Source: Abditibacteriaceae bacterium
Lineage (GTDB): Bacteria; Armatimonadota; Abditibacteriia; Abditibacteriales; Abditibacteriaceae
Assembly: GCA_965277285.1 (NCBI GenBank)
Contig: OZ255721.1
Location: 1,856,001-1,920,000 of the forward strand
Length of the DNA stretch: 64,000 bases
Direction: 5' to 3'
Shown piece after piece: positions 9,623 to 19,347 of the stretch. A program made the position numbers and the translations under genes. Every line of letters starts with the position of its first letter. The stretch's first letter is position 1. The notes beneath the pieces were generated by a model. It was given only the letters and a program-made list of their open reading frames with translations, searched no databases and was not told the origin of the DNA.

Positions 9623-12028
9623 TTATTGAACCAACCAGTTCATCGGCTGGATAACTTTTCCATCGGGCGTCGTAAAGGGCTTGTTGCTGAAGTTGACCGT
9701 GATTCGAGTACTCGATTTCCAGATCGTGCGCTGAACCGCATGGTCGCTGGTCAAAAACTCGTGCGATAGCAGTTCATCGTTGCCCAGGCGCCGCACCAGA
9801 GGACAAATATCGCGGTAGCTTTGCACGAAACGCGCTTTGTCGCGCGCCCACGTCGCGCGGTCGAACATGAACATTGGCGGCGTGCCGTAAAGGATGTTGA
9901 ACAGATTGCGGCGATTCCACACCGACGCGACTTTGTTGTTGTAATCGCCCCAATACCAATCGGACACGATGCAGTCGTGATACACCAATTCCCACAAAGG
10001 CACGCGATAAAAAGAGCCGACTTGAAACTTCAGCAAATCGGGCGTCGCTTCTTCCGGGCGCAGCATTTCGCGTCCGGCGTCCGGCAGGCGATACGGCGCC
10101 AGGCTCATCATGCCTTCGTAATAATCGACGAAGGGCACTGAAGGATCGATGCCGGTTTCGGTTCCCACGACCTGCTTCAAATCGTGCGAAAAATAGTTCA
10201 GCAGCGCCATTTTGTTTTGACGATCTCCCGAGCGCGTCAAAGGATGCGCCGGATCGTAACATTCGCGCCACGGAGAAGCCGTCGTGGTGTCGATGAAGCG
10301 GCACAAATAAGGATGCGTTGCGAGTTCGGCGGGCACGCGCTCTTTGGCGTATTTCAATTGCTGCGAAGAACAAATGACGCCGCCCTGATGCTCGACTTTG
10401 CTGCCGTCGGCTTTGGTTTCGATGTCCATCCAGCCCTTCATCCAATCGCCGTTGGGAAGGCGCACCAAATCCTGCGGCCAGCCTTCGCGGTTCAAATACG
10501 ACGGCGCGTCCGGCGGATAAACGTCCTGATAAATATCGTAGCGGCTGGACAAAAACCCCAACGCGTTGATCTGCTTCAATTCGTCGGCGTTGGCGCCGGA
10601 CGACCACAAAACGCGATCCATGCCCAGCGACTTCATTTCGCGGCACAGCGCGACTTTGTCCATGTCCCAGTTCCACACGTTGACGGCGCCAATCAAGCGA
10701 TCCACGTTCGGGTTTTCGCGCGTCTTCTGCGTCAGCGTTTTGAACAAACCGACGCTTTTCGAGTACTCGCGGTAGCGTTTCGCCTGCGCGACGTAACCGC
10801 CCTGCGCGAAAAACACATACGTCAGGCGCCGCTCGTAATTCCACTTTTGGCGCGAGGCGTCCCATTGCGGGCGAATCAGCAGCGGCGATTTCTCGTCAAC
10901 GCCATTGCGCGCGATGTCGATGCGCGCGTCATCTGGCGTGTTCAAAATCGCCATCGTTCCCGCGCCGCTTCGGTTATCAACGACGCCAAACCATGGCATC
11001 GACAAACCATGACCGCTATACGCAACCAACGACATCGGGTCAATGCTCGCGTCATCGACTGGATACAAAATGCCTTCGTTCAACGGCACCACGAGCGAAG
11101 TTCCCGCGCCGCTCGTAAAAGGCTGCGGCCAAGCTGTGGAAACATCCATCGCGTGAGCGTTTTCGCCCGTTATGGCCACCGCCAGTTCCGGCTTGTCGGC
11201 GCTTAAACGAAGCGTCGCGCGCAGATTCAAATCGTTCGCTACGTCCCACAAATCGAGAAGCGCAACTGGCGCTTTGCCACCAGCCGTCGTCGTCAACTTC
11301 GCGCCGCGCAAAATTATATCGGCGCCAAAAGGTTGCTGTTTCCAGGTACGACCGTTGCGGCGGTCAACGACTGAAAACGCGCCACCGTTTTGTGGTTGAG
11401 GGTTCAGGCGTACTTCCAAAAGCGCGTTGCTCAAAGTCAACGGCTGCGCGCTCACCGCTCCAAAACTGTTGACATTGCCCAGTGCGACGAGTTCGGCGTC
11501 GTCCATCCAGACAGTTCCCGCGCCGCTTCCAGTCAGGCGAAACTGCACCGAAGCGCAACCTGCGGGAACGACGAAACGACGCCCAAAATGCTGCCAATCG
11601 TGCGTGCCGCTGGTTTCAATTTGCCCTTGCATCCAGTTGAGAACGTCGCCATTGGGGCGCCGCGCCACAACTGAAATCGCGGCTTCTTCAACGTGATCGC
11701 AACGCAACCAGGCGCCGATTTGCAAAATATCGCCCGCCTGAACCGACAGCGTTTTTGTTTGTCCAACGCTCCAATCTTGCACACCGCGATGTGTCACGCG
11801 CAACGAACTTTGCCCGCCGTGTTTGGATTGATTGTCGAGCGCCATTTCGCCGCTGCTCGGCACGCGCGCCCAAAACGTTCCCCAACTTTGCGACAAATCT
11901 CCGTTGTCTTCAAAACCCGCGTTCTGCAACAAGTTGACAGCCGAAGTTCGAGTACTCGATAGTGGCGCAGCGGCTCCCAACGACAATGTTATCAGGCAAC
12001 ACAACGCGACGAGAAGAAGGTGTTTCAT
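9623..12028 (-). CDS. Secreted glycoside hydrolase (GH101/DUF5696-like) with N-terminal CBM4/9-like module
   Basis: Signal peptide MKHLLL, NLLQNAGFE CBM start, and catalytic-region motifs RYDIYQD, FIDTTTA, PLWELVYHD. Confidence 0.7.
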   Translation of the reverse strand: MKHLLLVALCCLITLSLGAAAPLSSTRTSAVNLLQNAGFEDNGDLSQSWGTFWARVPSSGEMALDNQSKHGGQSSLRVTHRGVQDWSVGQTKTLSVQAGDILQIGAWLRCDHVEEAAISVVARRPNGDVLNWMQGQIETSGTHDWQHFGRRFVVPAGCASVQFRLTGSGAGTVWMDDAELVALGNVNSFGAVSAQPLTLSNALLEVRLNPQPQNGGAFSVVDRRNGRTWKQQPFGADIILRGAKLTTTAGGKAPVALLDLWDVANDLNLRATLRLSADKPELAVAITGENAHAMDVSTAWPQPFTSGAGTSLVVPLNEGILYPVDDASIDPMSLVAYSGHGLSMPWFGVVDNRSGAGTMAILNTPDDARIDIARNGVDEKSPLLIRPQWDASRQKWNYERRLTYVFFAQGGYVAQAKRYREYSKSVGLFKTLTQKTRENPNVDRLIGAVNVWNWDMDKVALCREMKSLGMDRVLWSSGANADELKQINALGFLSSRYDIYQDVYPPDAPSYLNREGWPQDLVRLPNGDWMKGWMDIETKADGSKVEHQGGVICSSQQLKYAKERVPAELATHPYLCRFIDTTTASPWRECYDPAHPLTRSGDRQNKMALLNYFSHDLKQVVGTETGIDPSVPFVDYYEGMMSLAPYRLPDAGREMLRPEEATPDLLKFQVGSFYRVPLWELVYHDCIVSDWYWGDYNNKVASVWNRRNLFNILYGTPPMFMFDRATWARDKARFVQSYRDICPLVRRLGNDELLSHEFLTSDHAVQRTIWKSSTRITVNFSNKPFTTPDGKVIQPMNWLVQ

Positions 12029-12067
12029 GGGAAACTCACGAAGCAAAAATCGACTTATAATTAGCTT

Positions 12068-12487
12068 ATGGTGACTCATTCATGGGATACGTTCGGGTTG
12101 TTCGGGGATTTACTCAATGACTTCGAGGCTCTTCTCGCTAAGGCGCGGCATCTTCGCACAAGCGAAGCCGAGTCGCTGGCGACCAAAGCGGCTGTCGTTG
12201 GTTTCGGTCAATTCAGCCCTTTATCAGAGTGGACGGGGCAACATTTTGAGTTCATCAACCACCGAATACAAGGCGAACTTTCGCCCGAAGAACTGAGTTG
12301 GTACGAAGAATGCGCAGAATCAATTTCCGTGTTCTCGTGCTTATCTCTCGGCGCCCTGCTGGGCAAACTTCAAGCAGGCAAAATTGATGACCTTGGATTT
12401 CTTCACGGCGACGCTCATTTACCTGGCTTTATATCGTTGAACGACGAAGCGATCTGCCAGGGATTCATGTCACAACTCAACGAATAA
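12068..12487 (+). CDS. Hypothetical protein
   Basis: A 139-aa ORF filling the gap between two minus-strand genes. Confidence 0.6.
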   Translation: MVTHSWDTFGLFGDLLNDFEALLAKARHLRTSEAESLATKAAVVGFGQFSPLSEWTGQHFEFINHRIQGELSPEELSWYEECAESISVFSCLSLGALLGKLQAGKIDDLGFLHGDAHLPGFISLNDEAICQGFMSQLNE

Positions 12488-12492
12488 ATCGC

Positions 12493-13557
12493 TTACTGAA
12501 CCGCGCCCGCCGTCACTTTCATAAAGACATCTTCCAGGTCGGCGGCGCGTTGCGCGAAACTGGCGACTGGAATGCCGTTGGAAACCAGAAACGCCAAAAG
12601 TTGCGGCAAATGATCGTGGCTTCCGGTGAACTCGATTTCGACGTGATTGCCTTCACCGCGCGCCTCGCGCACTTCGGGATAACCTTGCAGCAGTTGCAAA
12701 ACACGTCCTGCGCTGCCATTTGCCGTCGCGCCGATGACTGCCGCGTTGCTATTTGTAATGCCATCGGCAAGCGTGTTATTTGCGGTCGATGCTTCCGCGT
12801 TTCCAGTACTCGATTCGCCGTTTGCCGCAACCGCGCCGTTCGCGTTTTCGCCCAGGCGAACGTCAAGAACAATGGCGCCTTCGAGTTTTTGCACGATGTC
12901 GTTGACGCGACCCGAAACGATGAGATGGCCGCGCTCCATGATGCCGACGACATTACAAAAATCGGCCAGTTCGGGCAAAATGTGCGAACTCACGAAAATC
13001 GTTTTACCCATGCTTTGCAATTCTTTCAAGAGAGCGCGAAACTCGATGCGCGCGCGCGGATCAAGGCCGCTCGCCGGTTCATCCAACAACAAAACTTTCG
13101 GGTCGTGAACCAGAGTTTTCGCCAAACACAAGCGCTGCTTCATGCCGCGACTCAAAGACTCGACATACGCTTCGCGCTTGCTTGTCAAATCAGTCAATTC
13201 CAAAACATCGTCGATAATTCCCTTGCGCTTATTAACCGGAATCTTATACGCGGCGGCGAAGAAATCGAGATATTCCCACACTTTCACGTCATCGTACACG
13301 CCGAAAAAGTCCGGCATATAACCGATCAGGCGGCGCACTTCGAGCGGGTTGCGCACGACATCGACGCCATCGACATAAGCCGCGCCGGTTGTCGGTTCCA
13401 AAAGCGTCGCCAAAACCTTGATGGTTGTCGTCTTGCCAGCACCGTTGGGGCCGATAAAGCCGAACACATCGCCTTTTTCAATGGACAGGTTGAGGCCGCG
13501 CACAGCCGTCAAGTCGCGGTAAGTCTTGGTCAAATCCTTAATCTGAATCATCGCCAT
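12493..13557 (-). CDS. ABC transporter ATP-binding protein (ABC-2 type)
   Basis: Walker A GPNGAGKTT, signature LSRGMKQR, Walker B LLLDEP. Confidence 0.95.
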   Translation of the reverse strand: MAMIQIKDLTKTYRDLTAVRGLNLSIEKGDVFGFIGPNGAGKTTTIKVLATLLEPTTGAAYVDGVDVVRNPLEVRRLIGYMPDFFGVYDDVKVWEYLDFFAAAYKIPVNKRKGIIDDVLELTDLTSKREAYVESLSRGMKQRLCLAKTLVHDPKVLLLDEPASGLDPRARIEFRALLKELQSMGKTIFVSSHILPELADFCNVVGIMERGHLIVSGRVNDIVQKLEGAIVLDVRLGENANGAVAANGESSTGNAEASTANNTLADGITNSNAAVIGATANGSAGRVLQLLQGYPEVREARGEGNHVEIEFTGSHDHLPQLLAFLVSNGIPVASFAQRAADLEDVFMKVTAGAVQ

Positions 13558-13688
13558 CGGGCGCGCCTCGCTCGTGAGAAGAAGTGAAAATCAACTCGCA
13601 TTATAACAATTTGCCGCGTCCGCCTTGACGCAAAATTTTCTCCGTTTTCACTGGAACCGCCTTGCACACCTCGCGTCCGCCTATTAGA

Positions 13689-13726
13689 ATAGTTTCTATA
13701 AGAACTGTTCTCCAAAGAACTGTTAT
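13689..13726. promoter_or_regulatory. Putative MarR operator
   Basis: Imperfect inverted repeat AGTTTCTATAAGAACT and a repeated AAGAACTGTT just upstream of marR. Confidence 0.45.
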
Positions 13727-13756
13727 TAACAATCGAGTACTCGAAACTTCTCTCTC

Positions 13757-14377
13757 ATGCCGAAACTACGCTCTAAACCTTCGCTGCTCAAACCTTCGCT
13801 GCGCGTCAAGAATGCTCTGGAAGTTGGTCAGGGCAAGTTATCGGTGCATACACACATGAAACGCATGGCGCCGGTTTCGGCGCAGAGCGAAGAGATCACG
13901 ACGCAGTCCGCGTTATTGTGCCATATCATGCTTTTGAACAGCGTTTTGGAACGCAGCGTGAACCGTTTTTCGGGTTTGCACGGCCTGACTTTTCCGCAAT
14001 GGATGGCGCTGGGTTTCATCGGTCATTGCGGTCAAGAAGGCATTCGCCATACGGAACTTGGCAATCGCTTGATGTTGTCGAAAGCTCCGGTGACAGGCGT
14101 TGTCGACCGTTTGGAGCGCGATGGTTTCGTGCAGCGCATCGCGGAAGAAAAAGATCGTCGCGCCGCGCGTATCGTAATGACGCCCAAAGGCGAAGCCGTC
14201 TGGTGGGATGTTAAAACGAATTTGCGCGAAAATTCGCGTTCGTTGTGTCAGGCGCTCAGCGGCGAAGAGCAAGATGTTTTACTTTCCATGCTGACGAAAC
14301 TGTTGAACGCCGCCGCCGCCGCCGACCCGATTTTGAATCACCACGAGTTGAATCACCAAGAGGAAAAAGCTCAATGA
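13757..14377 (+). CDS. MarR family transcriptional regulator (start may be further downstream)
   Basis: LTFPQW, VTGVVDRLERDGFV and DRR wing motif. Confidence 0.9.
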   Translation: MPKLRSKPSLLKPSLRVKNALEVGQGKLSVHTHMKRMAPVSAQSEEITTQSALLCHIMLLNSVLERSVNRFSGLHGLTFPQWMALGFIGHCGQEGIRHTELGNRLMLSKAPVTGVVDRLERDGFVQRIAEEKDRRAARIVMTPKGEAVWWDVKTNLRENSRSLCQALSGEEQDVLLSMLTKLLNAAAAADPILNHHELNHQEEKAQ

Positions 14378-16341
14378 AATTGAAGACCGCGCGTTTATCA
14401 GCGGGCATTTTGGCCATCACCTTAGCCGCCAACTCCGTCGTCCTGGCGCAGAATGCTCCCACGCAAAACGCTTCGCCGAACACTTCGTCCGGCACCATGC
14501 CTGCCGCCAACAATTCTACTTCGAGTACTGGAACAACTTCCACTGGAACAACTCCAGGCACCGCTGTGGATTCTGCCAACTCGGGCATGATGGCCAACGG
14601 CGGCACAAGCAATAACGCTACGACCAACGGCACTGCAACTAACGGCACGACAACCAACGGCGGCGCAACAGAAAATCCGACGATTGTCAGTAGCACGAAT
14701 CCTGCGGCTCCAACAGTTGTGCCGCCTGGCTCCGTGGGCGCGACGACAACGGGTGCTCCGGCTTCTGTTCCGGCGGGCGTTGTGACGGCGGCTGCGACAA
14801 ATCCCGTAGTTTCGGCCACGGGCGTGGTGACGACAGGTTTAGCGGATGCGCGCAACGCCGCAGATGCGAACGCGCCGGTTTTCACGTTATCTGACGCGTT
14901 GACGCTGGCGCTGCAAAACAACCCGACGGTAGCTTCGGCGCAAGCCTCGATTCGCGCGGCGCAGGCTCGTGTCGGCGAAGCGAGTGCTGCGGGCGGCCCG
15001 CAAGTCGGTGCCAACGCCAACCTCGCCGGAACTCGCAACTTGAATGGCGCGCCCGTCATCGTTGGAAGTTCGGTTGGCGGCGGCGGCGGCGGCGGCGGCA
15101 CAACTGGCGGTGGCACAACTGGCGGCGGTTCGACTGGTGGCATTTCGAGTTCGCCAGTCGTCGCCGACAATCTGCTGGGATTTGGCGCGACTGAGACGGC
15201 GGGTTTGACGGCGACGCTGCCGATTTATACCGGCGGTCGCGTTTCGGCCAATAAGCGAATAGCGCGCTCAAACGTCAATGTGCAGACGGAAAATGCGCTA
15301 CAAACCGAGCAAGATTTGCTGCTCAACACCACAACTTCTTATCTCAACATCCTGCGTTCGAGCCAACTTTTGACGGTCGCGGTCAGCAACGTGGACGTTT
15401 CGCGCGAGCAGTTGCGCGTGGCGCAAGTTCGCTACGATGCCGGAGCTGCAGCGCGCCTGGAAGTTTATCAAGCGCAAGCGACATTGGCGGACGCTGAGCA
15501 GCGTCGTATCGCGGCCAGCGCGACTTTGGGACAATCGACGGCGAGTTTGAACACCTTGATGGGACGCACGCCGGAAACGCCATTGCGCGTCGAGGAAATC
15601 ACGTCGCTTACTCTGAACTTACCGACCTTGACAACGGCGAACGGCACCAGCCTTTCGAGCAGCGATTTGCGCTTGATTTCCGCGCAGTCGCGCCCGGCGA
15701 TTGCCGCTTCGCAAGCGCAAATTACCACTTCGGAAGCGAACGTGGCGTTGGCCAAAGCGCAGCGTCGTCCCAGCCTGGGCTTGAGTTTGGGCGCCCTGAT
15801 TCGCAATCCCTTGACGTATCTGGGACGTTTCGCGCTTTCGCTGGGATTGGGGCTGACGCAAACCATTTTCGACAGCGGTCTTTCGCGCTCGCAAATTAGC
15901 GAAGCGCAAGCGTTGGTCGATCAGTCGCGCGCCGGACTTTCGAGTACTCAATTGAACGTCGGCAACCAGATCGAGCAATCGTTGTTGAACTTGGATTCGG
16001 CGCAGTCGCGCACAGTCAGCGCGGATGTAGCGGTCACGGCGGCGCAAGAAGCTTTGCGCGCGGCGCAAGTCGGTTATCAGGCGGGCGTGCGCACGTCGTT
16101 GGACGTTACAACGGCGCAGACCGCACTCTTGAACGCGCAAACCAACGCCGTCAATGCGCGCTTCGATGTGGCGACAGGACAAGCTCAATTGGCTTCGTCG
16201 GTCGGCGTGTTGACCGTCGCCGGACAAGACGCCACCAGTCGCGTTACTCAGGCGCAAAACGCTGCGAACGACGCGCTTCAAGCGAGTGCAAACGCCAACA
16301 AACCGAAGAAGAAACGTAAAAAGTTTCTGGGCATTTTCTAA
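14374..16341 (+). CDS. TolC family outer-membrane efflux protein with long T/N/G-rich N-terminal extension
   Basis: ATGA overlap with marR, signal peptide, LSDALTLALQNNP, two OEP repeats, GYQAGVRTSLDV. Confidence 0.9.
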   Translation: MKLKTARLSAGILAITLAANSVVLAQNAPTQNASPNTSSGTMPAANNSTSSTGTTSTGTTPGTAVDSANSGMMANGGTSNNATTNGTATNGTTTNGGATENPTIVSSTNPAAPTVVPPGSVGATTTGAPASVPAGVVTAAATNPVVSATGVVTTGLADARNAADANAPVFTLSDALTLALQNNPTVASAQASIRAAQARVGEASAAGGPQVGANANLAGTRNLNGAPVIVGSSVGGGGGGGGTTGGGTTGGGSTGGISSSPVVADNLLGFGATETAGLTATLPIYTGGRVSANKRIARSNVNVQTENALQTEQDLLLNTTTSYLNILRSSQLLTVAVSNVDVSREQLRVAQVRYDAGAAARLEVYQAQATLADAEQRRIAASATLGQSTASLNTLMGRTPETPLRVEEITSLTLNLPTLTTANGTSLSSSDLRLISAQSRPAIAASQAQITTSEANVALAKAQRRPSLGLSLGALIRNPLTYLGRFALSLGLGLTQTIFDSGLSRSQISEAQALVDQSRAGLSSTQLNVGNQIEQSLLNLDSAQSRTVSADVAVTAAQEALRAAQVGYQAGVRTSLDVTTAQTALLNAQTNAVNARFDVATGQAQLASSVGVLTVAGQDATSRVTQAQNAANDALQASANANKPKKKRKKFLGIF

Positions 16342-16442
16342 GACGTTCAATGGCCAGATGAACCGAGAATATCTGCAATCGAGTACTCGAAACGCTCTTG
16401 AATGCTTTTGAAGGAAAGCTCTAAGAAGGTGAAACGAACGCA

Positions 16443-18428
16443 ATGGCAAATCAAACAGCGGAACACGAAACCGTGCAAGATGGCGTGGTAAACGGCAAAA
16501 TCGGCAGCAATGGCGCCGCACATAACGGCGTCGCTTCCGATGGTATTACTCCCGATGGAGCGGCGCGCCAAAACGCGCAAGGCCCGGTGCCAGAGCCTGT
16601 AACGGATGGCGCAGGCACGAAAACGGGCGGCGTAAAACCAAGCACTGAACGTGATGGTTCGTCGCGCAAGAAGATCATTATCGGCGCCGCGGTTCTGGCG
16701 TTGCTGGTCGGTGGCGGCATTTACGCCAAGCACGCTCTGGCATGGAGCAGCGCGCACGTTTCGACGGACGACGCTTATCTCACTTCCGATTTGGTGCAGA
16801 TCACGCCGCAAGTCAATGGCAGCCTGACGCGCGTTTTGGTCAGCGACAACCAACCTGTTAAGCAAGGCGAAGTTTTAGCAGTTTTGGATGACGCGACATA
16901 TCGCTCGCAATTGGCGGAGCAGCAGGCGAATTTGGCGGTCGCGCAAGCTTCTTATCGCGCGGCGCAAGTCGGCGTCGGTTTGACCGGCACGACTGGCGAA
17001 TCGCAGATTTTGCAGGCGCAAGGCGGCGTCGAGCAGGCGAACAGCGGCATCGGCGCAGCACAAACCGATGCGTTGCGCAATCGTGGCGGAATTTCTGCCG
17101 CGCAAGCCGCTGCACAAAACGCGCGCGACGCCGTGGAAACTGCACGCTCCGCCGTCGCTCAAGCGATTGCGACGCGTGATCGTGTCGCGCAAACCGCCGA
17201 AGCCTCGCGCACGGGAATCGCTTCGGCAACCGCCGGTTATTCGCAGGCGCAAGGTGCTTTGCGCGCCGCAATCGCGGGAATTTCTGCCGCGCAAGCTTCG
17301 CGTGACCGCGCTTCAGCCGCTTTATCGTCCGCCAACGCTGTTATCGCAACCGCCGAAGCTGGAGTTCGCGCCGCCCGCGATGCCGTTGTCGCCGCACGCG
17401 CGCAGGCTGACCGCGCTAATAAAGATGCAGCGCGTTACGAAACATTGTTTCGCGGCGATGCGGTCAGCGAACAAAGCGTCGAAGTGGCGCGCGCGACGGC
17501 GACCACAGCGCGCGCTCAGCTCGAATCGGCGCAAGAGCAATTGACGCAAGCACAAACTTTGGTCGAGCAACGCCGCCAGGACGCGCAAGGCGCGCTCGAA
17601 GGCGTTCGCGCCGCCGATGCCGCCGTCAATCAGGCGCGCGCTCAAGCCTCGCAAGCGCGTGCAGGCGTGACAGCCGCGTCTGCTGGGATTAATTCGGCGC
17701 GCGCGCAATATGCCGCCGCGCAAAGCGCCATTAACGAAGCGCAAGCCGGAATCACGCAAAACCAGACTAAAATCGCGGGCGCGCAAGCCTCTGTGTTGCA
17801 AGCGCAGGCGACACTCGCGCAAGCGCAAGCCGCGTATCAAACGGCGCAGCAGAACGTCGGCACGGCGCAGGGCAAGAAAACGCAGGCCTTGGGCTTATTG
17901 AAGCAAGCGCAAACCGCGCCGCAACAATTGACGCAAAGCCAGAGCAACGCGCAAACCGCGCAAGCCAAAATCCAGCAAGCGATTGCGGCGATGCACGACG
18001 CGCAAATTAACCTGGATCGCACCAAAATCAAGGCGCCGATTGATGGCGTTGTCAGCCAGCGCCTGGCGCAGATCGGCCAGCAGGTCGCGGTCGGCCAGCC
18101 TTTGATGGCGATGATTCCGCGCAACAGTTTGTGGGTCGTGGCGAACTTGAAAGAAACGCAGATGACGGACGTTCATCCCGGCAGCCGCGCCACGATTGAA
18201 GTCGATGCGTTTTCCAAGCACGAATTTACCGGCCACGTCGAGTCTTTATCAGCGGGAACCGGCGCGACCTTCGCGCTTTTGCCGCCCGACAACGCCAGCG
18301 GCAACTTCACTAAAGTCGTGCAACGCGTGCCCGTCAAAATTGTGCTCGACCCGAACCAGGACAATCTGGATCAATTGCGCAGCGGCCTTTCCGCCGTTGT
18401 CACGATAACAACGCGCGACAACTCGTAA
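16443..18428 (+). CDS. emrA: EmrA/HlyD periplasmic adaptor with very long coiled coil
   Basis: STDDAY, IKAPIDG, ANLKETQ and NASGNFTKVVQRVPV motifs. Confidence 0.88.
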   Translation: MANQTAEHETVQDGVVNGKIGSNGAAHNGVASDGITPDGAARQNAQGPVPEPVTDGAGTKTGGVKPSTERDGSSRKKIIIGAAVLALLVGGGIYAKHALAWSSAHVSTDDAYLTSDLVQITPQVNGSLTRVLVSDNQPVKQGEVLAVLDDATYRSQLAEQQANLAVAQASYRAAQVGVGLTGTTGESQILQAQGGVEQANSGIGAAQTDALRNRGGISAAQAAAQNARDAVETARSAVAQAIATRDRVAQTAEASRTGIASATAGYSQAQGALRAAIAGISAAQASRDRASAALSSANAVIATAEAGVRAARDAVVAARAQADRANKDAARYETLFRGDAVSEQSVEVARATATTARAQLESAQEQLTQAQTLVEQRRQDAQGALEGVRAADAAVNQARAQASQARAGVTAASAGINSARAQYAAAQSAINEAQAGITQNQTKIAGAQASVLQAQATLAQAQAAYQTAQQNVGTAQGKKTQALGLLKQAQTAPQQLTQSQSNAQTAQAKIQQAIAAMHDAQINLDRTKIKAPIDGVVSQRLAQIGQQVAVGQPLMAMIPRNSLWVVANLKETQMTDVHPGSRATIEVDAFSKHEFTGHVESLSAGTGATFALLPPDNASGNFTKVVQRVPVKIVLDPNQDNLDQLRSGLSAVVTITTRDNS

Positions 18429-18451
18429 GTAAATATCGAGTCCCAGATTTT

Positions 18452-18537
18452 TAACGAACTCGGAGCGTAAGCGACGGGTGCAGCAACACCTATATCAAAC
18501 TCGCAGTTCACCCGTCGCTTACGCTCCGAGTTCATTA
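18452..18537. repeat. REP-like hairpin, family A
   Basis: GAACTCGGAGCGTAAGCGACGGGTG / CACCCGTCGCTTACGCTCCGAGTTC. Confidence 0.85.
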
Positions 18538-18574
18538 GATACCTACCAATCGAGTACTCGAAAGTGGAGAAACG

Positions 18575-19321
18575 ATGAGTGAAGAGTTGAAATCGAAAGT
18601 TGCCCTTGTAACAGGCGCCTCGTCCGGCATTGGCGAAGCCACAGCGAAACTTCTGGCGAAGAATGGCGCGAGCGTTGTCTTAGTCGCGCGCCGCGAAGAT
18701 CGCTTGCAGCAAATTGTTCAGGAAATCGAAGCCGCTGGCGGACGCGCCATTTCGGTTGTCGCCGATGTCGCGGACGAAGCGCAGGCCAAAAGCGCGTTCG
18801 ACAAAGCGCATCAGGAATTTGGGCGTTTGGACATCGCGGTCAACAACGCGGGCGTGATGTTGTGGGGGCCGATTTTGAACGCCAATACCGAAGATTGGCG
18901 ACGCATGATCAACTTGAATGTGTTGGGCTTGATGTATTGTACGCACGCCGCTTTGCCTTTGATGCAGCAGAACGGCAGCGGCCACATCGTCAACGTTTCG
19001 AGCGTCGCGGGTCGCACAGCGCGCGAAGGCGTCGGCGTTTATAACGCCAGCAAGTGGGCGGTCGGCGGGTTTTCCGAATCGCTGCGCCAGGAAGTGCGCA
19101 AGCTCAACATTCGCGTGACGATTATCGAGCCAGGCGTTGTCGATACCGAACTGACGCAGCACATGACGAATGAGCAGGCGCAAAAAGACGTACACGCGCT
19201 TTACACTTCGATGAAAGGCCTGGAAAGCGAAGACATCGCGCGCTCCATTCTTTACGCTGTGACGCAACCGTCGCACGTCAATGTCAACGAGATTTTGGTG
19301 CGACCCCTCGAACAAGCTTGA
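18575..19321 (+). CDS. SDR family oxidoreductase
   Basis: TGASSGIG, NNAG and YNASK motifs. Confidence 0.95.
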   Translation: MSEELKSKVALVTGASSGIGEATAKLLAKNGASVVLVARREDRLQQIVQEIEAAGGRAISVVADVADEAQAKSAFDKAHQEFGRLDIAVNNAGVMLWGPILNANTEDWRRMINLNVLGLMYCTHAALPLMQQNGSGHIVNVSSVAGRTAREGVGVYNASKWAVGGFSESLRQEVRKLNIRVTIIEPGVVDTELTQHMTNEQAQKDVHALYTSMKGLESEDIARSILYAVTQPSHVNVNEILVRPLEQA

Positions 19322-19347
19322 TAAGAAACTACGAAAACTGAAACATT

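Noticed and set aside
15076..15130. GGC repeat tract in tolC as a contingency locus
   Set aside because: In-frame Gly/Thr linker. Triplet slippage would not switch phase.
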